In this document: positions 18,565 to 26,818 of the stretch, piece by piece
How the letters are laid out: each line of letters begins with the position of its first letter
Position numbering within the stretch: position 1 is the stretch's first letter
Virus record (IMG/VR): IMGVR_UViG_3300032144_000008
Span: 1 to 63,488 of that record
Strand: one strand, 5' to 3'
Length of the DNA stretch: 63,488 bases
Origin: a virus
Program-made: the position numbers and the translations under genes
The notes under the pieces: generated by a model
What the model was told of the DNA's origin: nothing
Seen by the model: the letters and a program-made list of their open reading frames with translations, nothing else
Databases searched by the model: none

Positions 18565-18671
18565 TGAAAATAGTTGAAGAAAAAGCTTTCCTTCAGCCTG
18601 ACCGTCAGGCATAGTAATGGCACGGTGAGGGTGATGAAGCTCCGCCGAACAAAAGAAAGAACGCTAAAATG
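18565..18671 (+). promoter_or_regulatory. copy 2 of the four-copy promoter/leader repeat
   Basis: Contains tgaaaatagttgaagaaaaagctttcc...ccgtcaggca...gaaagaacgctaaaATGaa. Confidence 0.6.
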
Positions 18672-18851
18672 AATAAAACTGAAAAGGCAAAGCACTTGAT
18701 TCTGAGTGCGCTTGAAGACGGGTTGGAGCTTGTCAAGAACAACGGCACCGGGTTGTCCAAAAAGGAATTGGCCGAAGACGTTGCAGGCTTCTGCAAACAG
18801 GCCAACATGATCGCCAAGCGTTATGGTTTTGAAACCTACTTCAAGCCATGA
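18669..18851 (+). CDS. hypothetical small early protein
   Basis: The ATG lies in the conserved leader. 60 aa. Confidence 0.5.
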   Translation: MNKTEKAKHLILSALEDGLELVKNNGTGLSKKELAEDVAGFCKQANMIAKRYGFETYFKP

Positions 18852-19198
18852 AACTCCGTCTCAACAAGAAAGTCCTCGCCGAAATGCCCGCACCCGTTCG
18901 TTCGCTCGTGATTGAGTGGCGCGACCGCTGGCACAAATCCTTCATCTTGGTTGTCAACCGCACAGACGTTCCAATGCAGGAGGACGCCAAGGTCACCGTT
19001 GTTAATTTGCTCACCGAAGCCCAGCAAACCGAACGCGTAGCGGGTGAGTTTGCTGGGATGACTCGGATCAGCCCGACGGCCAACTTAGTTCTGCCGGCTG
19101 GTTGTGTGGCGGTGGTGACGGGAATCTTCCTGGGGCATCCGTGGTTGACGATTTACCAAGCCAGCCCGGTGCAGCTTGAAAGCGGGGTGGCCAAGTGA
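18848..19198 (+). CDS. hypothetical protein
   Basis: ATGA overlap with the upstream gene. 116 aa. Confidence 0.55.
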   Translation: MKLRLNKKVLAEMPAPVRSLVIEWRDRWHKSFILVVNRTDVPMQEDAKVTVVNLLTEAQQTERVAGEFAGMTRISPTANLVLPAGCVAVVTGIFLGHPWLTIYQASPVQLESGVAK

Positions 19199-21177
19199 CC
19201 GCCATTCAAGAACTCACCAGTTTGCTCAACTGGAGCGAGCCCAAGACGGTGAAGACCCGCCAAGGCGAGCGCCAATTGCAAACGGCTGAGCCGACACCCC
19301 TGTTCTGGTCGCTGTGGCGTTCCTCCAAGGAGGAGCTCAAGGCGGCTGGAATCTCAGTGGGCAAGTCTGGCCCAAGTAACGACTGGGAAGTTTGCTGGTG
19401 GCAAGCCCCGGTGCGTACACCAGTGGCAACCCTTGAGCGCATGAACGGTGGTCCTCTCAAAGACCTCAACCGTTTGTGTGCGGTGTGCAGCAAGATGATT
19501 CCGGCCGGAAACCTTTGCGAGGATTGCGAACAAGACGGCGGTGGCAATCCGCCAGCCGCCAAGGTTGTGACCGAAGCCACCGAAAGCATCTTCGGCAAAA
19601 AGGCAGCGGGTGTGGACATGACACCCCAGCCGGTTGTTGGGATTCCTTCCGAAGTGGTCCTGAGCCCCGAACAAATCGCCATTCACAACTGGATCGAGAG
19701 CGGCGAAGGCAATTGCGTGGTGCAGGCTCGAGCCGGCACGGGCAAAACCGCCACCATCACTTGGGGCATCACCAAGGCCAAAGAGCAGGACATTCTTTAC
19801 TTGGTGTTTGGCAAGAAGAACGAAGTTGAAGCCAAGAACAAAATTCTGGATTCCCGAGTCACGATCCGCACGCTCAATGCGTTTGGTTATCGCTGCTGCG
19901 GCTCGGTGTGGCGCGAGTGCAAGCCGGACGACGCGGTGGAAAAGGATCGCATCTCCGCCGTTTGCCCGAACATCCCAGACGAAGCCTCCGGAGCTGTGGA
20001 ACGGCTCGTGGGCTTTGCCAAGAATCTGTTTGTGGGTGTGCCTTCGTTGGAAAACCTGATTGTCACGGCCAATGAACGGGGCGTGTTCTGCGGGTTGCAA
20101 ACCCAGGAAGGTGAGGATGAGTTTCCGGTTGGACGACTGGCCAACATTGCCCAAGCGGCAATGGAAACAGCCAAGGTCAAAGACCCGGCCAACCGGATTT
20201 CTTTTGGCGATCAGGTGTGGTTGGCGGTAACGATGGGCTGGGTGCGACCGGTGGCTGACCTGATCTTTGTGGACGAAACTCAGGACATGAACCTGCCCCA
20301 GCTGTTGATGGTGCAACGAGCCATTCGTAAGGGTGGCCGGGTGTGTGTGGTGGGCGATGATCGTCAGTGCATCTACACCTTCCGTGGCGCTCATCCAGAT
20401 GGAATGGGCATGATGCGAGATTCGCTCAAGGCTCGGACGCTGGGCCTGACCGTCACTCGTCGTTGTCCCAAGTGTGTGGTGCGCCGTGTCAAGTCAATTG
20501 TGCCGGATTACCAGTCGGCCGAAGATGCACCGGAAGGCGAAGAGTTTTTCGTCAACGAAGCTGAGTTGATGGAACGGTTGCAAATTGGGGACGCGGTGCT
20601 CAGCCGGGCCAATGCTCCGTTGATGGGCCTGTGCCTCGCCTTGCTCCGCAAAGGCGTGCCGGCTCGAATTGAAGGTCGCGACATTGGCAAACGGTTGGTC
20701 AGCATTGTGCGTCGGTTCAAGGCCAAGAGCGTGCCCGACTTTCTGCGCCGGGTGGAAGCCTGGGTCAACAAACAACGCAAGCGGCTGGACATCGGCAAAG
20801 AGGGCAAAGCCAAAATGGCCGGCATCATGGACGAAGCCGAAACGTTGCAAGCGGTGGCCGAAGGTTGTGCCAACGTGTTTGAAATCGAACAACGCATCAC
20901 CAGCCTGTTCCAGAACAGCGACGACGAAGGCGTCAAACCGGCTGTGGTGCTCAGTTCCACTCATAAGGCCAAGGGGTTGGAATGGCAGCGCACGGCGATC
21001 CTGACCTGGACGTTCAACAAGCGTTGGAAAAATCAATCCTCGGCTCAAGTGCGCGAGGAAGAGAATCTTTGGTACGTAGCGTTGACCCGCACCAAATTCT
21101 CAATCTCCTACGTCAGCGAAGGCGGACGAGGCAAGGTCAAGGAACAAGGTGACGGAACGAAAGCGGGTGCAATGTGA
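19195..21177 (+). CDS. UvrD/PcrA-like superfamily-1 DNA helicase with an N-terminal extension containing a CxxC..CxxC cluster
   Basis: Walker A ARAGTGKTAT, Walker B FVDETQDMN, motif III VGDDRQCIYTFRGA, and LWYVALTRTK near the C-terminus. Zn-finger-like CAVCSKMIPAGNLCEDC. Confidence 0.85.
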   Translation: MTAIQELTSLLNWSEPKTVKTRQGERQLQTAEPTPLFWSLWRSSKEELKAAGISVGKSGPSNDWEVCWWQAPVRTPVATLERMNGGPLKDLNRLCAVCSKMIPAGNLCEDCEQDGGGNPPAAKVVTEATESIFGKKAAGVDMTPQPVVGIPSEVVLSPEQIAIHNWIESGEGNCVVQARAGTGKTATITWGITKAKEQDILYLVFGKKNEVEAKNKILDSRVTIRTLNAFGYRCCGSVWRECKPDDAVEKDRISAVCPNIPDEASGAVERLVGFAKNLFVGVPSLENLIVTANERGVFCGLQTQEGEDEFPVGRLANIAQAAMETAKVKDPANRISFGDQVWLAVTMGWVRPVADLIFVDETQDMNLPQLLMVQRAIRKGGRVCVVGDDRQCIYTFRGAHPDGMGMMRDSLKARTLGLTVTRRCPKCVVRRVKSIVPDYQSAEDAPEGEEFFVNEAELMERLQIGDAVLSRANAPLMGLCLALLRKGVPARIEGRDIGKRLVSIVRRFKAKSVPDFLRRVEAWVNKQRKRLDIGKEGKAKMAGIMDEAETLQAVAEGCANVFEIEQRITSLFQNSDDEGVKPAVVLSSTHKAKGLEWQRTAILTWTFNKRWKNQSSAQVREEENLWYVALTRTKFSISYVSEGGRGKVKEQGDGTKAGAM

Positions 21178-21524
21178 ATTGGCACCGCGTTACAATGCAA
21201 CGCTACGCTGCTCCGGTTGACGAATTTGACAGGCCGTGCGGAAACGGAACGGTTGCCTTGATCAAGAGTCAATTTCCTGTTATCAAAGAAACGCCAAAAG
21301 GGGTTTGGCTTGACATTGGGCTTGGGGAAAAGAAGTTCGTTTTGAAACAGAGCAAGCGACAATGGGCATCACCATCAGAGGAAGCTGCAATGGAGAAATT
21401 CATCAGGCGCAAATGTCGCCATGTCTCAATTCTCAAGGCCCAAATTTACGACATTGAACGAGCCTTGGATTTGACGGGCAAGGTCAAGGAAAACTCAGAC
21501 GGAACTAAAGAAGGAGCGATATGA
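21174..21524 (+). CDS. hypothetical protein
   Basis: GTG start in a GTGA overlap. 116 aa. Confidence 0.55.
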   Translation: MNWHRVTMQRYAAPVDEFDRPCGNGTVALIKSQFPVIKETPKGVWLDIGLGEKKFVLKQSKRQWASPSEEAAMEKFIRRKCRHVSILKAQIYDIERALDLTGKVKENSDGTKEGAI

Positions 21525-21883
21525 CAACTGATCAACTTGACACGGCTCGTTATCACGCTGGTGCCTTGAAGGGTGCAGCCCAAAAGGAAAAGGCCACCTA
21601 CAAACGCCAGTTGTTGTTTGACGCGGCCAACTTCCTGGAATCGCTCAAGGGGTGGCAGCCGATCAAGACTGCCCCCAAGGACGGCACATTCATTTTGGCA
21701 GCCGCACCCAGTGGGTACATCGGAACGCCGTTGCGCGTCTCGGTTTGCACCTGGGAGGATGGCGGCAGGTTTGGCCCAAGGTCAGCCGGTTGGCGCACCC
21801 ACAGCGGAGACTGGTTCACGGAAGGTGGTGCAGATGCCATTTCCTGGATGCCGCTGCCGGCCATTGATCAGGAAGAATCATGA
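21521..21883 (+). CDS. DUF551-like phage protein
   Basis: ATGA overlap. WQPIKTAPKDGTFILAA... resembles the W..I...P motif of DUF551. Confidence 0.6.
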   Translation: MTTDQLDTARYHAGALKGAAQKEKATYKRQLLFDAANFLESLKGWQPIKTAPKDGTFILAAAPSGYIGTPLRVSVCTWEDGGRFGPRSAGWRTHSGDWFTEGGADAISWMPLPAIDQEES

Positions 21884-22041
21884 CCACCCCGCTGCGCAAC
21901 GACTCCGACCGTTACAAGGAATTGCAACTCCTGCTGGCCAACCTGCTGCACACCGGCCAAAAGGACGCGCCAGAGTTTCGGTCAGCCTGGCAGGAGTCGG
22001 AGAACATCAAGAACCGCAACGGAGGCATGCCACCCGAATGA
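21880..22041 (+). CDS. 53-aa hypothetical protein (absent from the ORF track)
   Basis: ATG at 21880 overlaps the upstream stop (ATGA). Its own stop overlaps the next ATG at 22038 (ATGA). Translation: MTTPLRNDSDRYKELQLLLANLLHTGQKDAPEFRSAWQESENIKNRNGGMPPE. Confidence 0.45.
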   Translation: MTTPLRNDSDRYKELQLLLANLLHTGQKDAPEFRSAWQESENIKNRNGGMPPE

Positions 22042-22304
22042 ACTGGAATCGTAAACCCATCCGTCCGCCACAAGACCCCAAGCGTCCTGCCACGCTGGTG
22101 GTGAAAGGGCTGGCTGAACTTCAAGCTGCGGTCAAACGGGCGGATCAACTGGTGAAGCACAACGGTGAATGGAAACGTGGCAAACCGGGCGACTATTGCA
22201 TCAACGCCCTGATTCACTTAGGCTCCGCTACCGCCAGCAACAAGAACGGACGCTACGAACTGGAGCTAACCTGGCACGAGCCCAAACAACAAGATCTGTT
22301 ATGA
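22038..22304 (+). CDS. hypothetical protein (88 aa)
   Basis: Internal ATG of track ORF 21573..22304. The part of that ORF upstream of 22038 overlaps two better-supported genes. Confidence 0.5.
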   Translation: MNWNRKPIRPPQDPKRPATLVVKGLAELQAAVKRADQLVKHNGEWKRGKPGDYCINALIHLGSATASNKNGRYELELTWHEPKQQDLL

Positions 22305-22498
22305 CCGTCTACAAAACCATCCAGCAAATCGTGATGGCCAATCCCGAATTGAGCACCAGGGAAGTCTTTGAGCAGGCACGAGTGAAATTCCCCAACGACA
22401 ATCCGTCGTGGTTGAAATGTCGAGCGGCGCAGGTGTGCTGTGTGACCCGCAAGGCGATCAAAGAAAAAGCTTTTCTTTCCAAGGCGGCGGGCGTTTAA
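22301..22498 (+). CDS. hypothetical protein (65 aa)
   Basis: ATGA overlap. Starts MTVYKTIQQIVMANPELSTREVFEQARVKF. Its 3' end carries a partial copy of the palindromic repeat core. Confidence 0.5.
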   Translation: MTVYKTIQQIVMANPELSTREVFEQARVKFPNDNPSWLKCRAAQVCCVTRKAIKEKAFLSKAAGV

Positions 22499-22666
22499 TT
22501 GGAACGTTGCGGAAGCGACAAGCCGACTGGAAACCGGCTCAAAGAAAATGACAGCAATCAGTCCAACCGAATCTTCGATGCGCGTGCGAGCGCAAGTGGG
22601 TAATTCAGGCCGCCAGGCCGACTGTCGCCCGTTTCCAACGTTCGCCCGCGCATCGAGGTTTTGTGT

Positions 22667-23464
22667 ATGAGCACTCTCAAAAAGTTTGATCGGCCAATCT
22701 GCTTCCAAAGAATTTTCGTTGAGTTGACAGGCACCATCACAGGAGCGTTGTTCCTTTCTCAGGCTGTGTATTGGCAAAATCGTTGCAGCTCAGAAGACGG
22801 TTGGTGGTGGAAGACACAAGAAGACTGGACAGAAGAAACGGGCATGACGCGCCACGAGCTTGTTTCGGCCAAAGAGGCAACCAAAAAGTTCATCCGCCAC
22901 AAGCTGGGAGGAGTGCCTTGCCGAAGCTTTTGGAAGGTGGATGCAGACGCTTTAGATGCCTGTGTTCAGCTGGTGGAGTCCAGTTCGCCGGAATCCGGTG
23001 AACTGGATAGCCGGAAAGCGGCGAACAAGTCCGCTGAAAAGCGGCGAACAACTAAAGACTCTAAAACTTCAGCTGAGAAGAGCGCATCCGCGCCTCCTCC
23101 TTCAACCAAGAACGGAAACAACGTTGTTCCTCCATCAAGGGAGTTCTCCGACGGTTGGTGCGTTGCCTTCAAGCTCAAGCATCAAGGAACCGACTACGAC
23201 TACCGAGCCAAATGTGGGGTGGCGGTTGACCGTTTGCTCAAGAAAGGTGTTCAGCCAGGAGAATTGCTAGCCACCGCTATCAAGGCCTGGTCGCAAACCG
23301 ACCCAAAGGCATTTTGGAACTGCGTCAATTTGAGCCATGATGTGGCGCAGTTTTGTGGAGCTTACACCAAGATCAAATTAGAACTGGTCAAGCTGAATGT
23401 AGGCAGCAACGTTTCGGCTGGCGGGGTGAACAAGTCCACAGGGGAACGGGTGTTCATGCCATGA
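22667..23464 (+). CDS. replisome organiser / replication initiator-like protein (winged-helix N-terminus)
   Basis: FQRIFVELTGTITGALFLSQAVYWQNR...WWKTQEDWTEETGMTRHELVSAKEATKKF resembles phage replisome-organiser N-domains. Lies directly upstream of the primase-helicase. TTG at 22661 is an alternative start. Confidence 0.6.
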   Translation: MSTLKKFDRPICFQRIFVELTGTITGALFLSQAVYWQNRCSSEDGWWWKTQEDWTEETGMTRHELVSAKEATKKFIRHKLGGVPCRSFWKVDADALDACVQLVESSSPESGELDSRKAANKSAEKRRTTKDSKTSAEKSASAPPPSTKNGNNVVPPSREFSDGWCVAFKLKHQGTDYDYRAKCGVAVDRLLKKGVQPGELLATAIKAWSQTDPKAFWNCVNLSHDVAQFCGAYTKIKLELVKLNVGSNVSAGGVNKSTGERVFMP

Positions 23465-25137
23465 CCTACGAAGCTTTCATCGCCCGTTTCCACGAAACCA
23501 AGCCCAACTCCAGCGGAGGCGTGATGGTGCAGTGTCCAGCGCACGAGGACAAGACCGCCTCCCTAGCAGTGGGCCGGGGCAAGGACCAGAAGGTGGTGCT
23601 CAAATGCTTTGCCAATTGCACCACCGAGGACGTGGTGCGGTCGTTGGGGCTGACGATGAAGGATCTGTTTCCCGCCACACCTGAAAAGAAATTTCATTTG
23701 AACGGCAACGTCAAGAACAGCTTATTTGGGAAGAAGGCCGCAACGTTACCGAAGGTCAAGCCGGTCATTGAAAAGATTTATTCCTACACCGACGCGCTGG
23801 GTCGGGAACTGTATCAGGCGGTGCGACTCAAGCCGAAGGACTTTCGGCAACGTCATCAGGTTAACGGGGAGTGGGTGTGGAAAATGGACGGGGTGGAACG
23901 GGTGTTGTACCGATTACCCGAGGTGCAACAGGCCAAGCAGGTCTGGATTGTGGAAGGGGAAAAGGACGCCGACAACCTGGCTGCGATAGGTTGTTGTGCC
24001 ACCTGCAACGTGGGCGGAGCGGGCAAGTGGCTGGACGGTTACACCAGCTGTCTGGCTGGCAAGGAAATTGTACTCTGCGGCGACAACGACAAGGCCGGTC
24101 AGGAGCACATTGAATTGGTGCACGATTCCGTAGCGGCCAAGGTTAGGAGCGTCAAGATCATCCGGGTGCCAGCCCCCCACAAGGACGTGAGTGACTTGTT
24201 GGCCAGTTGCAATTCTCCGTCGGAGGGCAAGCTTTGCCTGGACTTGTTGTTGCAGGAGGCGGTGCCGCATGTGGGCGGGGTGAGGATGCCGGTTTACTCC
24301 ATGGCGGACATCGAGCCGCGTTACCACAAATTTGTCACCACGCCGGAAAATTCCCGGGTGGACCTGAGCAAGTGGCTGCCGTCGTTTCGCGGACGGTTGC
24401 GACCGTTGTCGCCGGGCACAGTGGTGTTGATAAGCGGGGACACTGGCACTGGCAAGACCAATGTGCTGCAGAACATCGCCATGGCGTTTCCGGAACTGCG
24501 CACGCTGATGTTTGAGATGGAGTTGAGCGAGGAGGATTTGTTCGAGCGTTATTTTGCCCTCAAGAGCCGGTCGGATGCCCGGGACATTGAGGAGGAATAC
24601 AAGAAGAATGGTTGCTTTGGTCACACGGCCATGATGCAACAGTTTCCCAATTTGTACATCTGTCCCGAGCCCAGCCTAACGATGGATCAGTTTGAGGCCA
24701 TCGTGGTGGGCAGCGAACTGAAGATGGGCGGCAAGCCCGATGTGGTGTTGCTGGATTACGCCCAATTGGTCAAGGGCATCGGCAGCCGATACGAGAAGAC
24801 CAGCAACGTGGCTGAGGGCATCAAGGTGGTGGCTAAGGCCACTCGCACCATCATCTTTGTAGCCTCACAAGTGGATCGGGCCAGTGGCAAAAGTGGCGAG
24901 GTCAGCCTACACAGCGCCAAGGACAGCGGCAGCCTGGAAAACTCCAGTGGGGTGTTCCTGGGGCTGGAGCGCAGCCCGGAAGACTCGTCGTTGCTGGTGG
25001 TGAAGGTGATCAAGGCCACCAAGGGCGGCAGTGGCACCATCATCCATTGCAATATTGACGGAGCCAAGTCATTAATCACAGAACGAGCCAGAGTTGACAC
25101 CGAGAAAATCACCAGCGGCGAACCACCACCCGAATGA
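23461..25137 (+). CDS. bifunctional primase-helicase (Zn-binding + Toprim + DnaB/RecA-like ATPase)
   Basis: CPAHEDKTASLAV...KCFANC is Zn-finger-like. Toprim motifs VWIVEGEKDADNL and LCGDNDKAGQEH. Walker A ISGDTGTGKTN. Confidence 0.85.
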   Translation: MTYEAFIARFHETKPNSSGGVMVQCPAHEDKTASLAVGRGKDQKVVLKCFANCTTEDVVRSLGLTMKDLFPATPEKKFHLNGNVKNSLFGKKAATLPKVKPVIEKIYSYTDALGRELYQAVRLKPKDFRQRHQVNGEWVWKMDGVERVLYRLPEVQQAKQVWIVEGEKDADNLAAIGCCATCNVGGAGKWLDGYTSCLAGKEIVLCGDNDKAGQEHIELVHDSVAAKVRSVKIIRVPAPHKDVSDLLASCNSPSEGKLCLDLLLQEAVPHVGGVRMPVYSMADIEPRYHKFVTTPENSRVDLSKWLPSFRGRLRPLSPGTVVLISGDTGTGKTNVLQNIAMAFPELRTLMFEMELSEEDLFERYFALKSRSDARDIEEEYKKNGCFGHTAMMQQFPNLYICPEPSLTMDQFEAIVVGSELKMGGKPDVVLLDYAQLVKGIGSRYEKTSNVAEGIKVVAKATRTIIFVASQVDRASGKSGEVSLHSAKDSGSLENSSGVFLGLERSPEDSSLLVVKVIKATKGGSGTIIHCNIDGAKSLITERARVDTEKITSGEPPPE

Positions 25138-25140
25138 GCT

Positions 25141-25299
25141 ATGGATAACGAATTACAAACCCTCATCAACATCCTCATCAAGGAGCGCGACGTTTATCGT
25201 CAGGCCTTGATTGAGATCTCCGACCGAGGCGACAATTGGTCCGCGCAGAAAGCGACGGAGGCAGTCAAGAAATATATTTCAAACGAGGAGGGGAAATGA
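25141..25299 (+). CDS. 52-aa hypothetical protein (absent from the ORF track)
   Basis: ATG lies 4 nt after the primase-helicase stop. Its own stop overlaps the next ATG (ATGA). Translation: MDNELQTLINILIKERDVYRQALIEISDRGDNWSAQKATEAVKKYISNEEGK. Confidence 0.45.
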   Translation: MDNELQTLINILIKERDVYRQALIEISDRGDNWSAQKATEAVKKYISNEEGK

Positions 25300-25607
25300 T
25301 TGATTACGACATTGGAGACAAAGTGGTTTGTAAAGACGGGAATTTTTCTCCTGTCGTCAACGGGTTGTATGCAGAACTGCCGAAGCAGGATTCAGTTTAC
25401 GTTGTCCGTGACATTAAGTTGGGCATTGCTTTGGACTGCAAGACTGGAGAGGTGAGCGTGTTGCTGGTTGGCATCACAAACCCAAAGGCGAATGTTTCGC
25501 CGTTTCGGGAGCGCGGATTTGCCGGCTGGAGATTTGAAAAGTTGAAAGCGGTGACGACCACAGAGGAAAAACCAATTCAAGAACCAAAGGAACTTCAACC
25601 GGTATGA
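25296..25607 (+). CDS. hypothetical protein
   Basis: Preceded by GAGGAGGGG (SD-like). Internal ATG of track ORF 25236. Confidence 0.55.
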   Translation: MIDYDIGDKVVCKDGNFSPVVNGLYAELPKQDSVYVVRDIKLGIALDCKTGEVSVLLVGITNPKANVSPFRERGFAGWRFEKLKAVTTTEEKPIQEPKELQPV

Positions 25608-25834
25608 AATGGAACACCACCAGCCCGCCCGCCAGCTTCAAGCTGAACGATGCCAGCCCGATGCCCTGGGGCATTCACGAAGGGAAACCCATGGCGCAGT
25701 TGCCGGTGGAATATTTGCACTTCCTCTGGCAGAACCACGGGCTTAAGAACAAGCCTACCGATAGCGTTTCGATTTACATCCAGGGCTGCCTATCAGCGTT
25801 ACGGAAGGAAAATTCAGACCTGCTTTGGAGTTGA
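25604..25834 (+). CDS. DUF3820-like small protein
   Basis: MPWGIHEGKPMAQLPVEYLHFLW matches the mPfGKhkGk.l.dvP..YL.WL style motif. Confidence 0.55.
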   Translation: MKWNTTSPPASFKLNDASPMPWGIHEGKPMAQLPVEYLHFLWQNHGLKNKPTDSVSIYIQGCLSALRKENSDLLWS

Positions 25835-25835
25835 A

Positions 25836-26339
25836 ATGATCCTCACCGTCAAACCTGTCCCCGGCGAGCCGACTTGTTTCATGGTTGAGAGCTACACGCT
25901 CCAATGTCAGAATTGCAACCGGTTGGTGCGGCGCTTCCCGGTCAACATGGTTTGGTTTTCCGAGAAGCAAAAGATGCTGCTCAAGTTCGTTGGGGTGTGG
26001 ATCAAGATTGAAGCTGTGTTGGAGAAGCTGAAACAGAACCGGGCCAACGTGTCCGGCGACCAGTGTCCCAAGTGTGGTGGCGTTTTGGAGATGCGGTTGC
26101 ACAAGGTGGACATCGCTCGGTTCAATTGCAACGGGGAATGCGGGTGCGAATACTTCACCACCACGCTCCAGAAGGAATTGCGCAAACTGAAGCCTGCTGA
26201 ACAAGCCCTGGGGCTGCACCGTTGCTCGCACATCGAAGCCGCAAGGGACTTCGCGATTGACGTGGCCATTGCGGGCCACGAACACTTACGTTTGCGGGTG
26301 AATGGGAACGGCAAACAGAAGGAGGAGCACGCGGCATGA
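25836..26339 (+). CDS. SWIM-type zinc-finger protein
   Basis: CxC-x(n)-CxH pattern: CGCEYF....HRCSH. Additional CxxC pairs upstream. Confidence 0.55.
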   Translation: MILTVKPVPGEPTCFMVESYTLQCQNCNRLVRRFPVNMVWFSEKQKMLLKFVGVWIKIEAVLEKLKQNRANVSGDQCPKCGGVLEMRLHKVDIARFNCNGECGCEYFTTTLQKELRKLKPAEQALGLHRCSHIEAARDFAIDVAIAGHEHLRLRVNGNGKQKEEHAA

Positions 26340-26818
26340 AATACCAAAAGAAGACAAAGCCAGCCTTGTGGGTGTCAGCTTACCCCAAACAAGCCACCGC
26401 GCTTCGTCCAGGGCGAGCCGAGGCTAAAAAGGTTGGCCGTCGCCCCTTCCAGCCTCGAAAACGTCGCCTTGGCCCTGCAAAGCACGGCGCGAGGGCTCCC
26501 CGGACGCTGGTTCAAGTCTTTTTGGCCGAGGAAAAGAAGCTTTACCGGGAGGAAGCCCGGCAATTTGTGGCCGCCACCAATGAAATTGGCCAGTTTTGCC
26601 CCGTCGTTTGGGCGCTGGTGGGGACGCAGGTGCCGGTGGAGGAAATCCACCACATGCGCGGACGGGGTTACGGGGGCCGCAGCCCGTTGCTGAGAGATCA
26701 ACGATTCTGGCTGGCGGTTTCGCATTCGGGGCATCGTTTTTTGCATGAGAACATGGGTGTTGCCAGGGAGCACGGCTGGATCTGTGAAAAAGGTTTGTGG
26801 AATGTTGCCCCAAAATGA
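26336..26818 (+). CDS. basic protein with a possible HNH-like nuclease motif
   Basis: EEIHHMRGRG...LAVSHSGHRFLHEN is only loosely HNH-like. Confidence 0.5.
   Translation: MKYQKKTKPALWVSAYPKQATALRPGRAEAKKVGRRPFQPRKRRLGPAKHGARAPRTLVQVFLAEEKKLYREEARQFVAATNEIGQFCPVVWALVGTQVPVEEIHHMRGRGYGGRSPLLRDQRFWLAVSHSGHRFLHENMGVAREHGWICEKGLWNVAPK

Noticed and set aside
19354-20394. 346-aa minus-strand ORF. Similar long minus ORFs occur at 6570-7571, 12668-13300, 23914-24639, 33737-34507, 41886-42593, 43274-44076 and 46774-47481.
   Set aside because: All lie antisense to + strand genes that have strong motifs (helicase, fibre, primase-helicase, DnaE, TerL, portal). None has a motif or a sensible start context. 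I found no credible minus-strand gene in the window.
21573-22304. 243-aa + strand ORF in the track
   Set aside because: It runs out of frame across two better-supported overlap-coupled genes and is Arg/Pro-rich there. Only its last 88 codons, from ATG 22038, are kept.
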